NCBI RefSeq assembly: GCF_000372725.1
Contig: NW_005201391.1
Location: forward strand, 298,736-362,735
Length of the DNA stretch: 64,000 nucleotides
Direction: 5' to 3'
Origin: Emiliania huxleyi CCMP1516
Taxonomy: Eukaryota
How positions within the stretch are numbered: the stretch's first letter is position 1; every line of letters starts with the position of its first letter. The notes under the pieces were generated by a model that was given only the letters and a program-made list of their open reading frames with translations, was not told the DNA's origin and ran no database searches. The position numbers were made by a program, and so were the translations under genes. Positions 1-9,911 of the stretch are shown piece after piece.

Positions 1-2883
1 GCCGGGGAAGCGCCGCCGCGGCCTCCCTCCTTCGCGCCGCCCCGGCCGCCCCTCGACCGCCCTCCAGCGCGCTGCGGCTGCGGCGCTTGCGCCGCCGCAG
101 CTGCGACGCCCTCTGCCGCAGACGCAGGCGGCGGCGCCGCCGGCGCGTCCGCCGCGCCGCCCACCCCACCGCCGCCGCCTCCGCGTCCGCTGCCCCGTCC
201 GCCCCGTCCCTTGCCGCCGCCTCCGCGCCCTCCCTTGCCCTTGCCTCCTCCCGACTCGCGACTCGGCGCCTCGCTGTTCCCCTCCTCGGCGGCGTGCCTG
301 GTGTACGACCCGGGGGGCTGAGGGCGGGGCATGCAGCACCTGTGCGGTGTATCCGGAGCACAGCGTGCATACAAGGGCTGCGAGGAGCGGAATGCGGCAG
401 CTGAACACGTGTGTACGCCAGCGCCAGTCGGGAGACAGATCCGTCCTCTCCCCGCTTCTAAGGGCGCGCCCGTTGGCGTGCTGCTCTGGCGGGGGCCCGC
501 GAGCCGCGTCGCCGTTGCGCGCCTCGGGCTTCCCCTTGCCGCTGCCACGAGGCTTCGCCGCCGCCCCTCCGCCCGCGTCCCCGTCCGCCGCCGCCGCCTT
601 CGCAGCGGCGCGGGGCGCGGCGCCGTTGGCTTGAGCGGCGCTGTTGCCGTTGGCGGTGCCGTTGGCAGCCTCGCGCGCCGCCGACTCTCTGCCGCCCTTA
701 CCTCCGCCCTTGCCGCCGCGGCCCCTGCTCTCGCCGCCGCCACGGCCGCCGCGGCCTTTCCCGCGCGCCGACTGGGCGGCGGGCTCGTCGTCCTCCTGCA
801 GGGAGACGCCGCGGGTCATATCTCGGGTGACCTCGGCCGATTCCAGGTCCTCTCGGGTGATCTGGAGCGATCTCGAGCGATCTGGGAGCATCTCGTCCTC
901 CTCCTGCAGCGTGATGCCGCGCAGCTCGCGCCGCAGCCGCTCCGACTCCCTCGCCTCGTGCTCGAACTCGGAGAGGTACTGGAGGTGCGTGTCCATGTAG
1001 GCGAGGGCCGAGTCGACGGCCGTGCGCGTGCCGACGAGCACGACCTGAAGCAAGCAGGAGCTGGTGAGCCAGGGGGGGAAGGACGGCGGTCAAGAAGCGC
1101 GAGCCGACGAGGGCGACCTGGCCCGCAGCCTTGTCGATCGAGAGGCGCGTCACCTGAAGGAAGGCTCCGAGAAGGCTGAGTGCGCGAGCACGGCGCAGCC
1201 TTGTCTCTCTAGCGACGGGCGGTGCGGCGCCTGCGTCTTCTCCTGCAGCTCCTTGAAGGTTCGGCCGCCCTTCCCTATCAGCCAGCCGATCTGCTCCTGC
1301 TCGACGGGCGGAGGAAAGACGTCGGTTGGAGGGAGCGAGCGAGAGAGAGGGGGGGGGGGAGAGAGAGAGAGGGGGGGGGGAGAGACTGCGTGTGTGCGCG
1401 TGTGTTGACCGCTCCTGCTCGACGGGCACGCGGCGCGAGACGAACTCGAGCAGCTCGCGCGCCGCCTCGATCGACTCCTGCGACGGCCCGACGATCACCA
1501 CGCGCGGGCCATCCGGGTCCACCTCAACCTTGTCGACGCCGGCCGCCTACTCTCGCGCAATCTCGCGGTGAGCTTCGGGGCCATCTCGGTGCCCCCCTGC
1601 GCGGGCCTCGTCGGCCGCCTTTTGCGCGCTGCGCACCGTCGCGCCGCCCTTGCCGACGACGAGCCCGATCAGCTCCTTGTCGACGGGGAACTCGAGCCGG
1701 AAGGACGAAATCAGCCGCTCGCGCTCGTGCTGCAGCTTGGCGGAGAGCTGCTCGCGCTCCGAGTGCACGCGCGCCATGTCGCCGACGTGCTTGCCGTGCA
1801 GCTCGATCAGCATCTTGGCGGTCGCGCACGCCTTCTCCGCGCCGAGCAGCTTGATCTGGTGCACGTCGCGGTCCACCTCGAACGCGAGCACCTTCGACTT
1901 GGAGACCACGTCCGAGACGACGCGCTGCTCGTTTGCCTTGCGGCGGAGAAACACAACAGCGGTCAGCCCGCCGCCCCGTCGCCTCGCACCGCCCCTGGAC
2001 GCCGAGATGAGCCGAGATGAGCCGAGATGAGCCGAGAGGGGCCGAGAGCCGCTCGTTCGCCTTGAACCACTCGTGGACGCGCGAGTCGGTGAGCTGGAAG
2101 ACCTGCTTGTTAGGGTTAGGGTTAGGGTTAGGGTTAAGGTTAGGGTTAGAGTCGGTTCGCTGGAAGACCTGCTTGACGAACGGCGGTCGCGAGCGCGCCG
2201 GCGCCACCCTCGAGTATGCGGGCCGGAAGTGTGGCCACTCGACTATCTCCTCGCCACCGCCGCTGCCGAGGAAGACGGCGACGGTGTAGCCTCCCTTGAC
2301 CGACTTGACCTTGGCCTCGAACCAGACCTCCTCCGCCCCCGCCTTGCGAACCTCGATGATCGAGTCCTGCGGCGGAGGCGAGCAGGAGTGCGCTGCGAGA
2401 AGGGTGTGCGAGAAGGCTGCGCCCCCCCCCCCCCCCCCTTGCTACAGGGGCTCTGGAGGCTATGACCCTGCCCTGAACCGTCTCGGAGCCCTTTACTCGC
2501 AGGAGCTGCAGAGGCTCCTCCCGTGGGCTCCGCCTCTCCTCGTGGGCCGGTATGAGCCGAAGCGGTACTCGTGCAGCGAGAGCACGGGGCGACCTCGCCA
2601 CAAGCCGGCTCACGAACCCACTCTCGGTGGGGCGCATGTGCTAGGAGGCAGCGTGCGTGCGCGGCTTTTCAAGGCGCGAGGAGGCGCGCACCGGTTGCGG
2701 GATAAACTCGGTGCACGGCGGCGCCGCCTCTCTGACTCGCTGCCAGTCGACCCACTGATCGCCACCGCCCAGGTCGATGAGGTACTTTGACTGACGGATG
2801 TCCTTGAGCGTGCCCGGCGTGTAGGACAGCGCCTTGTCGTCGACCACCTCGACCACGGGCGCGCGCTGCGACTTTGCTGGCAT
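1..2883 (-). CDS. Fragile X protein (FMRP/FXR)-like RNA-binding protein: 2 Agenet/Tudor + KH0/KH1/KH2 + RGG tail; about 10 exons, 3' end runs off the window
   Basis: ATG at 2883. Spliced translation reads MPAKSQRAPVVEVVDDK...QWVDWQRVRE / IIEVRKAGAEEVWFEAKVKSVKGGY (Agenet-like), AKMLIELH...FRLEFPVDKELIGLVVGKGG (KH1), IEAARELLEF...QIGWLIGKGG (KH2), VLVGTRTAVDSALAYMDTHLQYL, then ARGKGRGGRGG repeats. Inferred introns: 2367-2691, 2103-2168, 1937-2060, 1547-1618, 1297-1414, 1154-1230, 1045-1117, 796-903, 298-469. Confidence 0.85.
2110..2148 (+). repeat. Interstitial telomeric repeat (TTAGGG)n inside an intron
   Basis: ttagggttagggttagggttagggttaaggttagggttag within inferred intron 2103-2168. Confidence 0.9.
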
Positions 2884-3270
2884 GGAGGCGCTGCGGGCGG
2901 AGGAGGGGCGTGTCAAGGGCCGGGCGCGGGGTGCGGCGAGCGAGCGGCGCGGGGCGAGGAGGAGGGGGCGTGGCGGTTGGCGAGGGGCGAGGCGCCGCGC
3001 AAGCGCGAGGGAGCGAGCCTGCAAGCAAAACTCTCTCCGCTGCAGTGGTGGTCCGTGCGAACCAAAAATGAGAGAAGTATGGGTCTTGCACGCCCTGTGA
3101 GCGGGGCGGGGTGCGCACTGTGCCTCTGTGTTCGTGCGTCGCCCATCTCTCCTGGAGATGACTGCTCTATTCGTTTATGGGGATCGTTGTGAGGACACGG
3201 CCTCTCTCCTTACGCTGTTTGTTTGGCTGGCTGGCAAGGCAAGGAAGGTGACGCTCCTGGCCAGAGGCGC

Positions 3271-3372
3271 TGAGGGAGGGTGTAGAGGATGTAGGTGACG
3301 CTTCTCCAGAGCGTTCTACATCTCTACAGCTCTACAGCGCTCTACACTCTACATCCTCTACACCCTCCCTCA
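3271..3372. mobile_element. Miniature palindromic element with the same termini as the 3784-5032 element
   Basis: TGAGGGAGGGTGTAGAGGATGTAG ... CTACATCCTCTACACCCTCCCTCA terminal inverted repeats around CTCTACA repeats. Confidence 0.75.
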
Positions 3373-3783
3373 GCTCCTGGCGCCCCAGAGCCCCAGCCTC
3401 GTCCTCCGCCGCGGGCGGGGCGCACCAGCCAGCCACCACATGTCATCGTGCGCGGCGCAAACGCTCTAACACTCACACATCATTTGGGGCCTGGAGCCCC
3501 TGGAGACTGAAGTTTATGGTCGTTTAAAGTACGTTTGGGGGGGGGGGGGGGCAGCTTTGAGCGGTCGAATTCGTTTGGGGCGTTTGGAGGACCTGTTTTG
3601 GTTGTGGTTGGGGATCCTGCCGACGCACTGTAAATACGATGGATACCTCAGCGGGAGGGCAGCAGGGCACTCGCAGCAGGCGGGGCCGAATCCTGCAGCC
3701 GCCCTGTTCACGCGCGCGCGAGACGCTCTCAAACGCTCACTCCAGCGGGAGCTGCACGTGAATGGCACTGACAGATGCTCTCC

Positions 3784-5032
3784 TGAGGGAGGGTGTAGAG
3801 GATGTAGAGTGTACAGTTCCGGACGGGCATTAAGAACGCACAGGTTCTTCGCCCAGCCTCAGGTTCTTAGCTAAGTCGGCGGTCCGTCGGGGGCCGAGCC
3901 TCAGGTTCTTAACCGGGTGGATGGTTTTTTAAACCGTTTCGGCTTCGATTAAAAATCAATAAATGGGTCTTAAAACAGTTTGGAAGTTTGGAACAGTAAG
4001 TTCGCGCATGGCGTGACAAGAGAGTCATTCGCTGCCGTGAGCTGCCCCTGCGGCTGCGGCCGCGGGGGCAGGGGCGCCGGCTGCAGGCGTTGGCCCAGCC
4101 TCAGGTTCTTAGGGAGTTCTTAGGGATCCGGCCGAAATATGAGCCTCAGGTTCTTAACGTTAGAGGTTCTTAATGCCCGTCCGGAACTGTAGAGCGCTGT
4201 AGAGCTGTAGAGATGTAGAGCGCTCTGGAGCGCTGTAGAGCTGTAGAGCTCTACATCGGCTGCGTGACGAGGCGGGTGCGTTGTAGAGCGATGTAGAGCG
4301 CGATTTTGCTGTAGAGTTTGTTGTAGAGGCTCTACAGCCAAACCGCCGGGAAGGCAGTGACTCAAAGAGGTCGAGTCGCACTAATGGGGTGTCTCCGAGC
4401 TTACTGGAGCTCTGATGGACGGCCCTGACTATCCCTGACACACAGAGACGGTCACTCTGACGGCACACAACACCCTATAACTGCGTCATGACCAGCCTGC
4501 CATGCGTCGCCGGTGCCGCATTCGTCGCTGTGCTTCTTTAGCAGGCGGTGGACTATCGGCTGCGAGGACGGTCGCATTTGCGCGAGGCGAGGCGAGCATT
4601 CAGACGCGTTGCATGCGCCATGACTCGCGCCAGCGCGTGCGGGAGCTCCTGGCTGAGCGTTGAGTCCAGGCGAGTTGCGCTGGCCACGATCGCTACGCCA
4701 AGCCGAGCTGACGCGCCGAGGCGCCGGCCAGTCGCAGCCGTGAGGCATGCCACAGCAGCAGAGGCACCTCCCACCCATTGGGCGGGCAGACAGAAGGCCA
4801 GGGCAGCACTGGTAAGTGCAACGCGCCTCATGTCGGAGAGCGACCGTGCCTCGTTCGCCGCTTATGATGTAGAGTTTGTTGTAGAGATTTCACGTTGTAG
4901 AGCGCCTCTACATCGCTCTACAACGCACCCGCCTCGTCACGCGGTGGATGTAGAGCTCTACAGCTCTACAGCACTCTCCAGCTCTACAGCTCTACAGCGC
5001 TCTACACTCTACATCCTCTACACCCTCCCTCA
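3784..5032. mobile_element. Non-autonomous MULE/foldback-like DNA transposon with long repetitive TIRs and 10-bp TSD
   Basis: TIRs start TGAGGGAGGGTGTAGAGGATGTAGAGTGTA and extend about 130 bp through GTAGAG/CTCTAC repeats. GATGCTCTCC directly flanks both ends (3774-3783, 5033-5042). Confidence 0.8.
3814..4189. mobile_element. Tc1/mariner-pogo-type MITE nested in the left TIR of the MULE-like element
   Basis: Perfect 24-bp TIR CAGTTCCGGACGGGCATTAAGAAC / GTTCTTAATGCCCGTCCGGAACTG, TA on both sides (3812-3813, 4190-4191), internal AGCCTCAGGTTCTTA repeats. Removing it restores the host TIR. Confidence 0.9.
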
Positions 5033-5365
5033 GATGCTCTCCGGCGGAGGCGGACTACGAGTTTGCCCTCTGCTGTGGCGTCGGCTGTCCGCCTCCGCCG
5101 GAGAGCATCTGTCAGTGCCATTTGACTGTTCTACTTTACTAGCCCACGCCTTAATGGTGGGGTTGGGTGGGAGGGTGGGAGGGTGGGAGGGTGGGAGGGT
5201 GGGGGGAGGGGGGTCGCCGCGAGCGGACTCGGGCTTTGGGGACGCGCGTCGCTCGACGTCGCGTTCGCCCCGCCCGTCCTTTTGTCCGCTGCTATCCGCT
5301 CAGAGCAAGGCACTGGGCAATTGTCCGACACGGGCACGCCCTGAGCTTCCACCCGACGCTGGAGC

Positions 5366-6418
5366 ATGGGATCCCGAAAGCGCCCAACGCGTCGTCCCAT
5401 AGCAGCGCCCGCAGCGCTGGATGTGCATGTAGCCTCAGGCGCCATTCCGCAGTCCTCCCTTTCCATCGCCGGCGCCCTAATCATCCTCGCATTCCTGTGG
5501 CAAGTCCTGTCGCCGGATGAAGAGGTGGAAAGGTATCTGGTAATTACGTCAAGCGATGCCAAACCTCTCTACTCTGTAGAGGCGGCCCCTGCTGATCTCA
5601 ACGTGTCGGAGTGCGCACGTACACTACTCCGCGAGCACCCCTCCGCAACGATGCACGGCGACGGCTCCGCCCGCGGTCTGGTCCTCAAGTTTAACTCGGA
5701 GGGGCGAGAGATCCTCCGGGGCCGCACCGATGCCAACCCCGCCGCAGCCCAGTGGGCGGCTTGCCTCGGGCCGGTTGTCGACTCGTTCGCGGACCCGTTG
5801 GCCAACGCGTGGGTGCTGAGCGTGCTCGAGTGCCAGAGCTCTCCGAGGCGGAGCCGGGTCGACTCTGTGCCGTGGCACATGGATACCGAGGCGGATTAAA
5901 CTCGAACCCAGGATGTTGGTTTGGGTGTTGGGCAGCCAATAATGAGCGTTGCCGCGCGCTCTAGGTCGGCCTTCTCTCTCCGGATGCGCACGCGGCGCAC
6001 TCGACGCACGTCCTCTATGTACGCGTGCCAGCGGCTATGGCTGGCGGGCAGTTGGAGCTTCGACGCGTCGACCTTGGTGGCGGCGACGTTGCGAAGGGCA
6101 TCACCAGCGCGGAGGCTATGCGGTGTGAATGCGCAGCTATGCTAATTCCGACCCGGACGCTGAGATTTCTAGCACATTGTCCTCTCCTCTAGGCGTGTGG
6201 AAGCGCCACTCGAGGAAGCGGCTGTGGCGCCAAGGGAGGGCGACGTCGTCGTGTTTCGGGGTGACGCCTTTCATCGAGTCCGGCGGCACACGTCTCCCGC
6301 GGCGGCGGGCACCACAACATCTCGCATCAGCGTGGTGCTCGAGCAGTACCGCATACCAGCCTCGCGGTACAACCGCACACTCCGATGGGAGCGGTCCTCG
6401 TACGTGCGGCGAGTGTGA
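5366..6418 (+). CDS. 2-oxoglutarate/Fe(II)-dependent oxygenase (prolyl-4-hydroxylase-like) with N-terminal TM anchor; 3 exons
   Basis: HxD in VPWHMDTE, then VLYV...GGQLEL, VAPREGDVVVFRGDAFHRV (distal His) and RISVVLEQY (RxS). Inferred introns about 5890-5964 (GC-AG) and 6123-6192 (GT-AG). Hydrophobic SIAGALIILAFLWQVL near the N-terminus. Confidence 0.8.
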
Positions 6419-6449
6419 TGTTCTTGGATAGGTATGAGTTGGCAGTAGC

Positions 6450-6825
6450 TAGAGCTGTTTAACATTTTAACTTTGGGCCTAACAGTTGCCCTAGTGTTGG
6501 CTGAAATCCTTAACGTTGTTCAAGTGTTCACCCCAGCCCATGCTGTTACTGTTTGTTACTGTTGTTACTGTTGTTCAGCGGCCAGCAAGCAGAAAATGGC
6601 AAAAAAACCGGGTAAACCCCGAAAATACATGTGGGATTTTCCGGGCGGTATTTTCGGGTGTATTACCCGCACTGGACGCTGGAGATCGTCGTGGGTCACT
6701 GCCAGGCCTTCCTTATTGTTGTTCAGCCGGCCTAACGTTAGCTACCCTACTGTTGTTGGGGAGCCCCACTGTTGTTCTGTTGTTACTGTTAACACTAGCA
6801 ACACTGTTAAAATATAAAAACAGCT
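6450..6825. mobile_element. MITE, copy 1 (hAT-like TAG- terminus)
   Basis: Near-identical to 12364-12715. 5' end TAGAGCTGTTTAAC is the reverse complement of the 3' end of copy 2 (GTTAAACAGCTCTA). ACTGTTGTT subterminal repeats, AT-rich compared with the flanks. Confidence 0.75.
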
Positions 6826-6990
6826 GAGCTCTCTCTCTAGCAGTAGAGAGCAAAGCCAAAGGCCAAAAGGGGGCCTTTACCATGTACCAAGGGGGCTGAA
6901 AACGCACGCGCACACACAGCAACACACCTGCTGCATGTGCATGCATGGTTTTGGGGATGCACAAGACCCGCAGCCGTCGCGTGGCTACAC

Positions 6991-9387
6991 TCAGCCCTCA
7001 CCATCTGCTCCCAGCGGCGGCGCAGCGGCCCACAAAGCTGCGAGTGCGGCCGCGGCAGTTGCGGCTGCGAGTGCGACTCTGCGAATCGACAGCGTGGCGC
7101 CGTCCGTCGCCGCAGCCGCCACGGGCGGCACCTCCCCGTCGCAGCCCTCCCCGTCGCACCCGCCCGCCGGGCGTGACGGGGCGGAGAAGGAGGAGAGCGG
7201 TGGTGGAGAGAGGGGGGCTGGAGCAGGAGAAGCGATGCGGGTTGGCGCCGGCGGCGCGGCGGCAGCGGTGGCTCGCGCGGTTCTGGCGGAGTTGGCGGCC
7301 ACGTACAAATCCTCCATGTCGCCTGGCGAGAAGGATCCGGCCCGCCCGCCCTCGCCCTTGCCCGAGGCGTCCCCCTCCTCCCCTGCGCGCCGCCGCGACG
7401 CAAAGAAGCGCTCCTGCTGCCGGACGAGCTGGCCGCACGCGCCCGCGATGTCGTCCCCCATCGTGCGGCGGACCTACAGGGCAGTTCCGAGAAGCTTCAG
7501 CGAAAGTTCTCGCCCCGCGATGCGATCCCCCATCGAGCGGCGGACCATCGTGAGCACACCCGCGCCGCGCAGCGTCGCCATGAAGCGGCTCGTGTTGGCC
7601 TCCGTCGCCCTCCGGTACTCTGGCGTGGCGTCCGTCGGGTTGTACGGGATCAGATTCACCTGGGGAGAAGACGAGAGCTGTCAAGGCGGCCAGGTGGGCA
7701 GAGGGTCCCGGAGCAGGCCCGCCATCAGTTTGTGCGCGTGCGGCGAGAGCAGTGCCGCGAGCGCATCGGCGTCCTCCGCCGCGTCGTTGACGTCGCGCAG
7801 CATGATGTACTCTACCATCGCCACGCGCGAAGTTGGCGTGTGCGGTCGCGCCGCCGCCATGTGCGCCTCGAGCGCGCCTGCGGGGAGGCGTGTCGCGCCA
7901 TGGGCGCCTCCCGGCAAGGCGGCGGATCTCGGCACGATCTCGGCGATGATCTCGGCGATGATCTCGGCGATGATCTCGGCGACTCGAGCGCGCCCATCAG
8001 GCGCGGGAGCGGGTAGGCGCGCGCGGCGGGCATGATTGCCTGAGGAGTGAGTGGACGATGCATCAACCCGTACTCTTCTTTCATAAGAGCAGTGCGCGCG
8101 GCGGCGGCGTGGTGGCGGCGGCGTGGGCGGCGAGAGCGGCGGAGGAGAGTGGCCGCGGCGTGGTTCGCCTCTCGCTTGTGCTGCGTCGGGGCGTGGAGCG
8201 AGAGCGCGAGTGAGACGCCGGGCAGGTCGGCGGCGAAGCTCCTACGACACTTTGCGAGACACTTGCGAGACACTTGCGAGACACTTGCGAGACGCCGCGC
8301 AGGTCGGCGGCGAAGCTCCTACGATCCTCGCGTGCTCGGAACCTCTCCCGCGTGTGTGTGCGCGTATCGCGTGTGGTGTGGTGCAGTGTGGTGCAATGTG
8401 GTGGCGTGTCACATGTGTGGTGGCAAGTGTGCGGTGCGGGGCTGGGGAGGCTCCTCATGCGAGGCACGACGCCGACAGTCGAGACGGTCACGCTGCTTGC
8501 GCGGAGGCCGAAGAGGCTGGCGTCGGTAAGCAGCCGCACGGCGGACGTCACCGCGCGGTAGTTGTTGAGCGGCTCGCCTGCAGGAAGGCTCCGAGAAGGC
8601 TCCGAGAAGGCTCCGAGCCAGCGCTTCGCGACGATGGAGCGGCTCGCTCGCCCATCCCCATAAACACCACGTTGCGCACGGGCGTCGGCCCCCCGGCGGC
8701 TTCTGTGGCCGTGCCTCGACGGCCGCCGCGTTTCCCCACCGCTGCCGCCCCTACTCCTCCTGCTGTCGCTGCTCCTGCTCCTGCTCCTTCGCTGCCCGCG
8801 CTGCCTCCGCCGCCGCCGCCGCCGCCACCGCCACCGCCATCGCCGCCGCCGCTGCCGCCGCCGCCTCCGCTGCCGCCTCCGCCGCTCGCACCGCTGAGGC
8901 CGAGCCGCCGGCCGTGGAGCAGCTGCTCGACGATCTCTCCCGCAGTCAGGTCGCCGACGATGCCCATCGTGCCGGTGGCGCAGAAAGTGCATCCCATCGC
9001 GCAGCCGACCTGCGACGAGACGCACGCGGTGGTCCGACCGCCGTGCCTCATCAGCACCGTCTCGACGCGCAGGCCGTCAGACAGCGCGACGGCCAGCTTG
9101 GTGGTGGCGCCGTCGGCCGAGTCCTCTCTCGCCTCGACGCGGGAGGACGAGACGGCGAAGCGCGCGCAGAGCAGCTTCCTGGCCGCCAGCGGCACGTTGC
9201 GCAGCAGCGCCTCCGACTCCCAGCGCGCGCCGACGTCCTCCCAGCTCTGCACCTCTGGGTGGCGGAGCAGCCAGCCGAGCAGCGGCCGGATGTGGATGGG
9301 CTTGAGACCGGAGGCTTCAAAGGCCGCACGCGCCACGTCGATGTCCCAGACGCTCGCCACGGGCGGCTGGCGGCGGCGAGAGGGCAT
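6991..9387 (-). CDS. rlmN: RlmN/Cfr-family radical-SAM RNA methyltransferase; 7 exons
   Basis: TACVSSQVGCAMGCTFCATG (CxxxCxxC), NVVFMGMGEPLNNY, VTVSTVG, LALSLHAP, EYIML..VND, VNLIPYNP, VRRTMGDDIAGACGQL. Inferred introns include 8578-8651, 8242-8453, 7878-7993 and 7474-7545. Confidence 0.93.
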
Positions 9388-9911
9388 GGCGAGACGGAAG
9401 AAATTCGACTCGCGGCCAATTTTATTTTTTGCTTGGGTGGCCAGTATGCTGAATTTCTGAAAAAACCTGACGAGCCCCTGCGGTGCCCCGACCTACCTAC
9501 CTACCTACCTACCCTACTTATGGGAAACTAAAAAGAAATCAGTGGATGTGAACATGGGGTACTATACCAACTGAAGTGATGGCTGGTGGTACTCTCCTGC
9601 AACCACAGTCCTTCCTGTGACATGGCAGGCCACTCTCAAGCCCTACAAGCACCAGATCACCCAGACGGGGAGGGTTGACGTCCTGGTTTTCCGTCTTTTT
9701 TGTAAGGCGCGAAGAGAGGAAAACCCCGACGGGAGGGCCCAAACAAAGAAAGAAAGAAAACAGAGAACCAAGGGAGGGATGGGAGGACGGCACGCCGCCA
9801 CCACACAGGGATTTTAAGCGGAGAGGGGTGTGACGAATTCATGAAAAGCCGCAGTTTTCTCCTGGCAGGACGGCCCTTCTTCGAAGGCAGGACAAGACTG
9901 GACCGGCCGGA

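Noticed and set aside
2110..2148. Chromosome end
   Set aside because: Only about 6 units, flanked by continuous coding exons.
298..2691. Introner-type transposon family as the source of the introns
   Set aside because: Intron interiors are not homologous to each other, lack TIRs, and the duplications vary from about 10 to 36 nt. A genome-wide clustering is still needed to exclude this fully.
5897..5899. Premature stop or readthrough in the 2OG oxygenase
   Set aside because: The TAA lies in a GC-AG intron (about 5890-5964) whose removal restores the frame.
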